Source of the DNA: a virus
Direction: 5' to 3' (one strand)
Virus record (IMG/VR): IMGVR_UViG_3300025674_000015
Length of the DNA stretch: 64,000 nt
Part shown: positions 9,670 to 18,692 of the stretch, piece by piece
Layout of the letters: the number at the start of each line of letters is the position of its first letter
Position numbering within the stretch: the stretch's first letter is position 1
Position numbers and translations under genes: made by a program
Notes under the pieces: model-generated
What the model saw: the letters and a program-made list of their open reading frames with translations, nothing else
The model's database searches: none
Told to the model about the DNA's origin: nothing

Positions 9670-9965
9670 TTTGGGTGATTTTGTTTTTTGTTTCTTTTTC
9701 TTTTAATTTGTTCATGGGGTGGTATGTTAAGAATCTTTTGAAAGATTTAAGCTTTGTTTCTTCCAAAATGTCTGAATTTAAAGAAAATTTAAACATTTTT
9801 ATTGAAAATATTGAGAATTTTCTTTCAATCGAGATCTTTTCCGATGAACCAGCCGTGAGAGCTTTAAGAAACACAGCGTTTGACTTTAAAGAAGAAGTAA
9901 GTCAGTTTGATGAGATTATAGCTTTAACGGAGGAAGTAGAATATGGCGAGGAGACGCAAGGGTAG
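9666..9965 (+). CDS. Membrane-anchored coiled-coil hypothetical protein
   Basis: N-terminal hydrophobic segment IWVILFFVSFSFNLFMGW. Confidence 0.7.
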   Translation: MIWVILFFVSFSFNLFMGWYVKNLLKDLSFVSSKMSEFKENLNIFIENIENFLSIEIFSDEPAVRALRNTAFDFKEEVSQFDEIIALTEEVEYGEETQG

Positions 9966-10629
9966 CGGAAAGCATTATTTTACAAAAGAGCATGAAAATG
10001 CTATTATTGAATATTGTAAAACAGATAATATTAGAGAAAAGACAGACTTATATGTAAGATGGATTCAGCCGGCATTCAACGAAATGGTTGATAAGATTGT
10101 GTTCACCTTTAAGTTCACAACGCTTCCAAATATCGGAGAGCTTAAAGATGAATGCAAACTTTGGTTGGTTACAATCCTAGACAAATACGATCCAAACAAA
10201 GGATCAAAAGCTTTTTCTTATTTTTCAGTTATTACAAGAAACTGGTTTTTTCATAAAGTGAAAAAGCATAGAAAAAGGCTGAAAACAGAAACTGAATTTC
10301 AAGATTATCAAACTCTGGAAAACGACGAAGATCATGCTCTTTATAACCCTTATTATGATCTAAGGGAGAAACAAGAGTTCTTTGATAAATTGAAAGAAAA
10401 CATCAAGATTTGGAATGATGAATGCGAAAGAGAAAATGAAAAGAAAGTTCTAGACGCCGTCGAAATTATTTTTTCAAAAGCTGATGCCATTGAAATTTTT
10501 AATAAAAAAGCTATTTATCTGTATCTTAGAGAAATAACGGGTTTAAATACAAAACAGATAGTTACAAATTTAAATAAAGTAAGAAAAAAATACCGTGTAT
10601 TTAAAGAAGATTGGGATGACAATGGATGA
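9943..10629 (+). CDS. Phage sigma factor, T4 gp55-like (late transcription)
   Basis: KHYFT..HENAIIEY start and LDKYDPNKGSKAFSYFSVITRNWF resemble the region-2 signature of gp55-type sigma factors. Confidence 0.7.
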   Translation: MARRRKGSGKHYFTKEHENAIIEYCKTDNIREKTDLYVRWIQPAFNEMVDKIVFTFKFTTLPNIGELKDECKLWLVTILDKYDPNKGSKAFSYFSVITRNWFFHKVKKHRKRLKTETEFQDYQTLENDEDHALYNPYYDLREKQEFFDKLKENIKIWNDECERENEKKVLDAVEIIFSKADAIEIFNKKAIYLYLREITGLNTKQIVTNLNKVRKKYRVFKEDWDDNG

Positions 10630-10832
10630 GTCCGGGATTTGAAAAAGACTACTGTTGTAAAGTTTGTGGATTAGTTTTTTCCCATAAGTGTGGAGAAGAC
10701 CTAGAGAAGCATCCTTCATGTAGTCACCCGGATTGTGAAGTTGAAAGAGTTCCAAGTTATTACACTTATTTTCTTAGAAAACAAGAAAAACAAGATAAAA
10801 AGCCCGGAGTTATTGAAAAAGAGGAAGATTAA
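10626..10832 (+). CDS. Small Cys/His zinc-binding protein
   Basis: YCCKVC...HPSCSHPDC; translationally coupled to the sigma gene. Confidence 0.55.
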   Translation: MSPGFEKDYCCKVCGLVFSHKCGEDLEKHPSCSHPDCEVERVPSYYTYFLRKQEKQDKKPGVIEKEED

Positions 10833-10833
10833 A

Positions 10834-11127
10834 ATGGCAAAAGATTATATTGCAGAAGTTATCGACAATATCCGTTCAGATCGAGCAACAACAAAGTCTA
10901 TTTTAACTGATGCCATGATTTATCTTAAAAAGAACGAAGAAAACCACAGAACAGTCGGCCTGACTGTCGCAAAGTATCTAGAGACCCTCCAACGATCCAA
11001 CGAACAATTAGTTAAAATCGCTTCTTTAATGGAAAAAAGAGGAGAAGAGCATTACGAACTCTCTGACGATGACAGGGATGAGCTTTTTGATCTTATAAAG
11101 GAAGAAGAAAAAGATGGCGAAGCATAA
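10834..11127 (+). CDS. Helical/coiled-coil hypothetical protein (possible small terminase subunit)
   Basis: Start at ATG 10834 after GAGG. The TerS role is inferred only from size and helicity. Confidence 0.6.
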   Translation: MAKDYIAEVIDNIRSDRATTKSILTDAMIYLKKNEENHRTVGLTVAKYLETLQRSNEQLVKIASLMEKRGEEHYELSDDDRDELFDLIKEEEKDGEA

Positions 11128-12529
11128 CTCTATTTTCCATGTAACTCAGTTAGATGCTTATGTTGACAGGGGGTCTTTTTATTTTAACCCCGCTGCTGAT
11201 AACTTTGAAGGCGCATTAGAAACTCTTCTTGTTAAAGCTTTAGAACAGCAAGTCAATTTGGAAGGAAAAGTTGGCTTGGTTGTTAGAGTCGATCCTCCCG
11301 GAAGATGGAATCCAAACAATCCTTATTCTCGTGAGATGGGAATGGATTATGATTTAGCCAAAGACGGCCTAGGGACAGGTTTGGTTTATTTTCCCCTTTT
11401 GAATGCCGGCGATCCAATCCCTTCCAGAGTTGTGCAAGATCCAACAACAAAAGATTATTCAAATGTTGGTTGGTCTAGGTGTGGTTATGTTTTTGTAGCC
11501 ACTAGAGAAGAGTTAGATTCTCTGCAAGTTCCTCACTTATCTTTATTTTCAAACCCCTCTGATCGGCTTTACTTTGTTAAAAAGTTAAACAAACCAAGCC
11601 CTTCTTTGCATATTGCAGACGATCCTTGCAAGAAAACTCAAAAAGTCATAGAACACAGTCAAAGAAAGAAAACAGCAGCGTCAAAGGCAGACTGCCAATT
11701 GAATCCGGGCTTGGCTAACAAGATTGATCAATTTATTGATAGGTGGGCTGGGAAAAAATATAGAAATTTTAGCAGAGATCTATCAGAGCATAAGCAAAAG
11801 ATTAGAGACTCTTTTAACAAATATTTACCAAAATTTCCTAAAATGTGTGATCCTAAAGTTTTCTCATATTATATGGGGCAGTGTGCCGCAGAGTCTGGCT
11901 TTATAACACCATTCAAGCTCCAATACAAGGCCGCTAGAACTCAATTCGGATTGACCAATTCAAACAGATACACAGAAATAGGGCATATACACTTAGCAAC
12001 ACAGGCAAATCATAGATATTTTGAGGCTTTTTTGAAAAAGAATTACCCAGACATATACAGACAAGTTACGCCATGGTCTCAAAACACATGGAAGGGTAGG
12101 AATTACGATCAAGATGTTTGTTATGATTTGGCTGTTTTATCTTCTTTTTGGTATTTTCAAAATCACGCAGTTGTTGTGAGCGGGCCGAATGGAGTGAGGT
12201 TGAATGGTGGAAGTAAACTAACATGTGCCGCAGCGGTTGAGAAGTACCTAAAAGAGAATAAGGATTCTAAATTTATAGCGAATGTTTGTAGCACTATAGT
12301 CAATACTGGTGGAAGGTGGATAGAAAATTCAAAATTCACACCTAGAAATATAAAAAACAACACCCCCTTATTAAAGAGGTACCCTCAAAGAAGCGGAGAG
12401 GGGCAAGCAGGTTATTTAATAAGAGTTGCGAATCAATTGAATTCGAGATATGGAGACACAGCAATCAGTAGAAAAAGGTTAAGCTATAGCCTAGAATCTT
12501 TGAGAGCCATATCCGGGGCGAATGCATGA
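11114..12529 (+). CDS. Baseplate-associated lysin with a divergent GH19 (lysozyme/chitinase-fold) C-terminal domain
   Basis: YYMGQCAAESG, LAVLSSFWYF and STIVNTGG resemble GH19 AFLAQxxHESG, AxxSAxWFW and TxxINGG; lies upstream of the spike and gp25. Confidence 0.55.
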   Translation: MAKHNSIFHVTQLDAYVDRGSFYFNPAADNFEGALETLLVKALEQQVNLEGKVGLVVRVDPPGRWNPNNPYSREMGMDYDLAKDGLGTGLVYFPLLNAGDPIPSRVVQDPTTKDYSNVGWSRCGYVFVATREELDSLQVPHLSLFSNPSDRLYFVKKLNKPSPSLHIADDPCKKTQKVIEHSQRKKTAASKADCQLNPGLANKIDQFIDRWAGKKYRNFSRDLSEHKQKIRDSFNKYLPKFPKMCDPKVFSYYMGQCAAESGFITPFKLQYKAARTQFGLTNSNRYTEIGHIHLATQANHRYFEAFLKKNYPDIYRQVTPWSQNTWKGRNYDQDVCYDLAVLSSFWYFQNHAVVVSGPNGVRLNGGSKLTCAAAVEKYLKENKDSKFIANVCSTIVNTGGRWIENSKFTPRNIKNNTPLLKRYPQRSGEGQAGYLIRVANQLNSRYGDTAISRKRLSYSLESLRAISGANA

Positions 12530-13482
12530 AAAACAAATTAAATTTAAGAAAAACATTCAACGACATTACAGCAGATGCGACCTCTGCTCAAAAAAAAGAA
12601 TACAACAACCTAACTGAAGAGGGTAAAAACTTTTTCAATGGTGTCGGAGGAGGTCCAAACTTAGATCCAGATCCAGATCTCTATGTTCCAAAAGGAACTA
12701 TAACCGTTGGTAAGTATAAGTCAAGCTACATCACCATGGGTCAACAAAGAAATGGCCCTTCTCCGACAGATGAATTTGGAGGCCCAAACGCTCATGAGAT
12801 TAGATTAGTTTCAGGCGGAGGCGGATATGATGTAAAAGAGCAAGATTCAAAAACAAAAGAAAAAATAATGCTTGGGCCAAACCCATCTGTTGATGGCTCA
12901 ATGTTGGTTTTAATGTCAAAGACAGACCATAGGTTTTTGGAATACGGAGTCAAAACTTTCAAAGAACAAAGACTTCCAGAAGCTGCTGCAATTTTAAAAT
13001 CCAATAGCGTTGCGATTGTTGCTTCGACAGGTGATATGTATTTCACAACAGGCACAGAGCCTGTGGATTATTACAAAAGAAGAAATATTTCAAAAGGTAG
13101 GATCATCTTCAACCCGGGTAATTTAGATCAAAAAGAAGGCGAACCTTTGAACAGCTTAGTTTTAGGAAATAGGGTTGTGGAAGAGTTTCAACAATGCTAT
13201 GAAATTATTAATTTAACATTGGCACAAATTTCCGCCTTAACCATGAAAATAGCAAAAATGAACAAAGCTATTTCCAGTCATGTTCATTATGGATTTTCAG
13301 GAAAACCAACAATCCCTTCTATAGAGGTGATGACAGAGAGTGTAAATCAAGCAATCGAAGATGTAAAATTGGATAATTCGGTTAACACAATCAGAAAAAA
13401 AGTCAACAAAAGAATAACCGCTGTAGATAGAGGCGGAGAAAACGATCTTCAAAGTAAATATTTGAAAATTGTTGAATCTTAA
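12526..13482 (+). CDS. Baseplate central spike protein (gp5 C-terminal/gpV-like)
   Basis: Beta-rich middle, LVLGN, and an SHVH (HxH) metal-binding tip motif at ~13279-13287. Confidence 0.6.
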   Translation: MKNKLNLRKTFNDITADATSAQKKEYNNLTEEGKNFFNGVGGGPNLDPDPDLYVPKGTITVGKYKSSYITMGQQRNGPSPTDEFGGPNAHEIRLVSGGGGYDVKEQDSKTKEKIMLGPNPSVDGSMLVLMSKTDHRFLEYGVKTFKEQRLPEAAAILKSNSVAIVASTGDMYFTTGTEPVDYYKRRNISKGRIIFNPGNLDQKEGEPLNSLVLGNRVVEEFQQCYEIINLTLAQISALTMKIAKMNKAISSHVHYGFSGKPTIPSIEVMTESVNQAIEDVKLDNSVNTIRKKVNKRITAVDRGGENDLQSKYLKIVES

Positions 13483-13491
13483 GGAAACAAA

Positions 13492-16400
13492 ATGAGCTTA
13501 AAAGAACTTTTAAAACAAAGAAAAGATATTTTTCAAAAAAAGAAAAACATTTTAGAAGCTTTAGATGATTATTTCAAAGCTTTGTCGGCTGTTGATCTTG
13601 AGATTGAAGTTAACAAGCAAAAGAGAATTATCAAAAGAAAAGAGAAAAACAAGCTTTCTAGAGAACTTATTGAATCTTTTAAGTTATATTTAGAGGTTAT
13701 CAATCAAATAGAAAATGCTGTTCAAACCTTGACCATTTTCAATTTAACAAAAAATAATGCTAAAAATAAAAGCAAAGAATTTCAAGGGCTTTTGAGAAAA
13801 GAGAAGAAAGCTTTAAAAAGATTAGAAGATGCTTTTGGAAAGTTGCAAACTCTAGGCATGTCCTCGGGCGTTGCATCTTTTATAGATCTGGTCGAAAAAA
13901 CAGAGCAGCAATTCGAAGATTTTAAAAAAACTAGAGAAGAGTTGGTATCAAACCAGTCTAAAATATCAAAAGAGTTAGAAAAGGCATCTAAAAGAACAGT
14001 CGAACAATTTCAAAAAGAATTAGACAAGCTGAATAAAGAATACAGAGGTCTCAAGTTTTCTTTCTTGACAGCGGACAGAGTGCAAACTCTAAACTCAGAT
14101 TTAACAAAAGCAAGGAATCCCCTAGCAGAGGTTCGCAAAGAGCAAGAACAGAAAAACAAAAATAAAAATCCTAAAAAAGAAGATTTCAAGAAAAAACTAA
14201 AAGAGTTTGAAAAGTTATTAAAAAGTGGTGCAAAGTCAATTCAACAGCTTCGCTTCTTTTATGAGCAGATTTTAAACCTTGTTCCAATTAGAGTTTTGCT
14301 TGAGGAAGCAATAAGATGCATGCTTAAGAAGATAGGCTATGAGAAGTGGGTGCAGCAGCTTTGCAAAACAGTTTTAAATTCGCTAGCAAACGATTTTGTC
14401 TTAAATGCCTTGATCAAGTTATCATATCTTCAGTTTTCTTTATCAGGGGATTCCCTGAGAAAAGAAGCTATTCCAAAACTTAAAGACGGAAAGTTGAATG
14501 AAGATTATGTCAAGGCTTTGGAGAGCCGCGTTGCTTTAGATGAAAATGGGCTACAAGTCAAATATTCAAAACCAGAAGACGGCCCAGCCGTTGTATACGC
14601 GAATAGAAGATTCGTCAGCAATTTTCAAAAACCATTCAGCTTGGGAACGCCAGACAACCCAGTTGACAAATATATCAATCTTCTAAAGGGTACTTTAAAA
14701 ATAAAAAAAGTTTCTTTAGAAAAGATGATAGAAATTCAGAAAAAAGATGGCGCTTACACTGTAGCTGTGGCTGTTGCGAAAAGTAAGCTTGGAGAAGATC
14801 TGTCCGGCGAAGCGCCAAATAAAAACAATCTTTTGTTAAGAATTTCTGAAACTAGGCAAGAACTAGCAGACACTCTTTTTGAGCTTTACGATGCCCAAGA
14901 GCTTTGTGAATCTTTGTTTGACAATGTTTCACAATTTGCTGAAGCTGTTTTGCAATTCATCACGATGTTTTCTTGGGAAGAGTTATGGAAGTCGGCTCCG
15001 GCGATACCGGTTTTAAAACTGCCCGATTTCAATTTTGGAATTATCGATCCAAATGCTAAATGGGACAAAGTTCTTAAAGAAACTTTGATCAGGCTGGGTT
15101 TGGAGTTGGCTGGGCAATTAGCTGGAGTGTTGGCTCAACTTTTAAATCAAACATGTCAAGACGATTTGCCCGGAGAAGTGGATATTCGAACTTTGAATCC
15201 AATTCCATTGGGTGAACTATTCCCAGAATATGCCGACTGCGCTAGCAGCTTAGAGAAGATCTTAGATGAGCTTTCTTTGATTTTAACACCTAGTGAAATC
15301 TGTCTTCTTTTGGAAGGTGAAATATCCGCTGTTACATTCCCGGTTAATAAAGATGGCTTTATTTTAAACTTGCATGAATACAATGTGAAAGAGTTTGCAA
15401 GATTTGAAACAACAACTTTAACAGATTTGATTGAAAGATATGCAAAGCAAAGATATCCAAAGTGCAGCTACATCTTTGGAGATCCAGAGTCTATTTTAGA
15501 GTTCTTCAAGCAGTTCGCAGAAGAGGCCGTCGGCTGTCCATTTCCAGACAAGCCTAGGTTTTTCTGTGAGAACGACAACGAAGAAGAATTGAATAAATTA
15601 AGATTGCAAATCTTCTGTGACCGATATGATCAAGAGCAGTTAGATTGCTTAATTCAGAAGACACAAGAAATGAGGCAGAAACGCTTGGCTGAATTGATGA
15701 ATTCTATTTATGATGAGGACTTTTTTAATAAGTTTATTCCGGATGTCGAGGCTCAACTTCCGATTCCAACTTCTACATCTTTTCTGATCGATAATACTTT
15801 GGACACTATTTTTGAAGTTGTTAAGATGAACTATGATAGAGAAATAGACTCCTTTGTACCGGCCATGATCACATATGAAGCTAGTAAAGAAGATCCTCAA
15901 GGTGTTCCGCCAAAGCCAGAAGTGGCAAAAAGGTTAAAAAGCAGGTTGGAAGCTGATGCTAAAAGAAACACAACTAGTTTAAATTATAGCGATTCAAGTT
16001 CTCTGCTTGGGTTTGAAATTAACTCTTCTCGATTTCCTGAATATATACCGGGAGGTTATAAGTACGACTTTTCAACAAATTTAACTTATTTTGATTTCAC
16101 TGGGCCTGCTTTTAAGCAGAAAAAAGTTGATATTGTTCCAAAATTTGAGCAAAAAGTGTTCTTTACAGAGAAAGAAAATAAGTTTTTGAAACAAGATGAG
16201 GGCCGGCCATATCATCTAGATTTGAAAACTTCAATGGATTTTCAAAGAGATCTTTTTTTGAAAATTGCAATGGTTAATTTTCCCTTCCCCGACGATCAAG
16301 GGGCAGTCGATTGGTTTTTTTCTGAAGAGTCCGAAGCTATGTTTTATGAACTTAAGCGAAATTTTATAAAGCAAACTAAAGAGAGAGTTATGTACTCTCC

Positions 16401-18249
16401 GCTCTTTGATGTTAAAGAGGAAGGGCAAAAGGAATTTCAGGTTAAAAAGAAAGAAAAGAAGAAAAAGGAAGAGAAGAAGAAGTCAACAACTTATTTTGCC
16501 CCAATTCAAAAGATTGATTTAGATCCAATTCCAACACCTAGGCAAAAAGCTATAGAAGGCTGTGATGTTTCAATTTTAAATATTACGCAACTTAAACAAG
16601 ATCTTAAATTAAAATATCTTCGGTTTTCAAAAGACGGCGTGGGGATCGAGCAGCTTTTAGCAGAAAACATGCTTAGAGCAACCCTTAGAATTTATGTTAT
16701 TGATTTCTTGCTTAGAGGTATTTTTTCTACAACCTCCTTAAAAATTCAGGAGAATATCCTAGGAGATGATATTGTAGCGGAGCTATTGTATGGAATGTTT
16801 AAATATCAAATTAATTTAGATATTCTAGAGAATAGCCCGAAAGATAGATTGTTTGTGTTGCAATCTTTGCTAAGAAAAGCAAAGCAAACTTATGATAAAG
16901 AATTTAAAGGTACAAAGTTGTTTGGAGAAGAACTAGAAGAGCTTTCTGAAGAAGATAGTTTGAAGTTTCTATTGAGAAGGGAGGTAGCAGAAGTCGCCGA
17001 CAGAATACCTAGGGTGACCGGTGTCGGATTGTATTTGCTTGATTCAGAAGAATTTCCATATTCCAAAGGAGCAGACACTAAGATAATCGATTCAACAGAT
17101 TTTTATAAAGATAAAAAATCGTTCTATCCTAGGTTAGAATGGGTTCAAATATTTAAACAAGGTTCTTCGAAAGCGCCAAAAAAACCAACAATTGCAGGAC
17201 TACAGTTGAGAGCTATTCCATGGGCTAATTCTAACTTTATGTCTTTTCCTTTGATTGATGTGCGTGAGGAGATTGAGCATTCTAAGGCTTTAGACTGGTC
17301 AACCATGAGACCAAAGTTGTTTGAAAAGGCAAAGAAAGCACCAGAATACACACTTTTATCAAAAGCTTTTGGATTTGATCAGTTAAATGCTTATCTTTTA
17401 GCTTTAAATATCTTGGGAATAACAGTAGATTCTCAAATTGGTTCGGTATTTTCAGAGACTAGAAAGTCTATGATTAGAATCTTTAGAACTTCGGCTCTGG
17501 AAAACAAAGATTTTACATATCAAGATCCTTTAGTCAAGAACGGTGTCTCTGCAAACCTTAAAGGTGATATTGACATAGCGGCTCTTATCTTGCCGTTGAT
17601 CTTGAAAGCTCCATGGATAATTGTTAAAAACTTGGCTGAAGCAACTGATCCAAATACAATTGCGGCATCAAGCATTCTTAGGATAGCAATTGCAGCAGTC
17701 GAAGCAGGAATATCAGTGTCTGAATTTGCTTTTTCAACGATCGAAACAGCCGGCGTAGCAGCAGAGATTACAAAAGGGGTCTTTGAATCTCTAGGCACTT
17801 GGAATGAGCTTCCGGACCCTACAAAAATACCTATCAATCTTGCAATTAAAGCTATGGAGGATATTCCAAAATTTGAAGATCGAAAAGAAACATATGAGTT
17901 AATAAGATTGATTGTTAACTCTATTCCGGCTATTGTCCCCGGCGTACCGCTTTCTTTTGCTGGTCTTATACCAACCCCAATTACATTTGTCTATTGGGCC
18001 GGAGATCTAATTGAAAAAGTTCTTGGGTTAATTGAAGGGTTGGACGCGGAAAATATTCAAAAGGATGATAAATTAAAAGAAAAGGCAGAAAAAGCAAAAA
18101 AACTTTTTGTAGATAAAATGTCTAATTATGGGATCGATGTTGAAGCCTATGAGCGGCTTTGCCAGCCGGAAAGGGACTCTAAAAAAGACGACGACAAAGT
18201 CGATGAAGAACCAAAAGCGCCAAAACCAAACAAAAACCCATGTGATTAA
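13492..18249 (+). CDS. Large helical virion protein (1585 aa), function unknown
   Basis: N-terminal coiled coil, Cys-containing core, hydrophobic C-terminal helices; between spike and gp25. Confidence 0.7.
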   Translation: MSLKELLKQRKDIFQKKKNILEALDDYFKALSAVDLEIEVNKQKRIIKRKEKNKLSRELIESFKLYLEVINQIENAVQTLTIFNLTKNNAKNKSKEFQGLLRKEKKALKRLEDAFGKLQTLGMSSGVASFIDLVEKTEQQFEDFKKTREELVSNQSKISKELEKASKRTVEQFQKELDKLNKEYRGLKFSFLTADRVQTLNSDLTKARNPLAEVRKEQEQKNKNKNPKKEDFKKKLKEFEKLLKSGAKSIQQLRFFYEQILNLVPIRVLLEEAIRCMLKKIGYEKWVQQLCKTVLNSLANDFVLNALIKLSYLQFSLSGDSLRKEAIPKLKDGKLNEDYVKALESRVALDENGLQVKYSKPEDGPAVVYANRRFVSNFQKPFSLGTPDNPVDKYINLLKGTLKIKKVSLEKMIEIQKKDGAYTVAVAVAKSKLGEDLSGEAPNKNNLLLRISETRQELADTLFELYDAQELCESLFDNVSQFAEAVLQFITMFSWEELWKSAPAIPVLKLPDFNFGIIDPNAKWDKVLKETLIRLGLELAGQLAGVLAQLLNQTCQDDLPGEVDIRTLNPIPLGELFPEYADCASSLEKILDELSLILTPSEICLLLEGEISAVTFPVNKDGFILNLHEYNVKEFARFETTTLTDLIERYAKQRYPKCSYIFGDPESILEFFKQFAEEAVGCPFPDKPRFFCENDNEEELNKLRLQIFCDRYDQEQLDCLIQKTQEMRQKRLAELMNSIYDEDFFNKFIPDVEAQLPIPTSTSFLIDNTLDTIFEVVKMNYDREIDSFVPAMITYEASKEDPQGVPPKPEVAKRLKSRLEADAKRNTTSLNYSDSSSLLGFEINSSRFPEYIPGGYKYDFSTNLTYFDFTGPAFKQKKVDIVPKFEQKVFFTEKENKFLKQDEGRPYHLDLKTSMDFQRDLFLKIAMVNFPFPDDQGAVDWFFSEESEAMFYELKRNFIKQTKERVMYSPLFDVKEEGQKEFQVKKKEKKKKEEKKKSTTYFAPIQKIDLDPIPTPRQKAIEGCDVSILNITQLKQDLKLKYLRFSKDGVGIEQLLAENMLRATLRIYVIDFLLRGIFSTTSLKIQENILGDDIVAELLYGMFKYQINLDILENSPKDRLFVLQSLLRKAKQTYDKEFKGTKLFGEELEELSEEDSLKFLLRREVAEVADRIPRVTGVGLYLLDSEEFPYSKGADTKIIDSTDFYKDKKSFYPRLEWVQIFKQGSSKAPKKPTIAGLQLRAIPWANSNFMSFPLIDVREEIEHSKALDWSTMRPKLFEKAKKAPEYTLLSKAFGFDQLNAYLLALNILGITVDSQIGSVFSETRKSMIRIFRTSALENKDFTYQDPLVKNGVSANLKGDIDIAALILPLILKAPWIIVKNLAEATDPNTIAASSILRIAIAAVEAGISVSEFAFSTIETAGVAAEITKGVFESLGTWNELPDPTKIPINLAIKAMEDIPKFEDRKETYELIRLIVNSIPAIVPGVPLSFAGLIPTPITFVYWAGDLIEKVLGLIEGLDAENIQKDDKLKEKAEKAKKLFVDKMSNYGIDVEAYERLCQPERDSKKDDDKVDEEPKAPKPNKNPCD

Positions 18250-18260
18250 GGAGTGTAAAA

Positions 18261-18659
18261 ATGAGTGGAATATCTCCAAAATTTCCATTAACGTATTCAG
18301 GTGTAGATGGCTTTTACACTTTGAACAAAAGCTTTTCTGAAGCTATTCAGCAAAACTTGAAAAACTTGGTATTAACTTCTCCCGGTGAAAGAATCATGGA
18401 TATTCAGTTTGGAGTTGGTTTGTACAATTATCTTTTTGAGCTTGATGGCTTTGAAGTTCGTGAAGAACTAGCAGAAAGAATTAATGAGCAAGTAGCCAGA
18501 TATCTTCCTTATGTTCAGATTGACGGTTTAAGGTTTTATTCCGACGAAGAAGATAGTTATAATGAGATTCAATCAAACTTCCTAGGTTTAATTATAAACT
18601 ACAGCATTCCCTCTTTAGGAGTTTCAGAAGAATTGGAAATTTTGATATCTGATTTTTAA
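18261..18659 (+). CDS. gp25: Baseplate wedge subunit, T4 gp25-like
   Basis: QNLKNLVLTSPGERIMDIQFGVGLYNYLFE...YLPYV. Confidence 0.9.
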   Translation: MSGISPKFPLTYSGVDGFYTLNKSFSEAIQQNLKNLVLTSPGERIMDIQFGVGLYNYLFELDGFEVREELAERINEQVARYLPYVQIDGLRFYSDEEDSYNEIQSNFLGLIINYSIPSLGVSEELEILISDF

Positions 18660-18664
18660 TCAAA

Positions 18665-18673
18665 ACTATTTAT
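18665..18673 (+). promoter_or_regulatory. Candidate late promoter ACTATTTAT
   Basis: In the 33-bp intergenic gap before the gp6-like gene; the same motif occurs twice at 37925-37950. Confidence 0.5.
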
Positions 18674-18692
18674 TTCAAAAGGAAAATAAATA

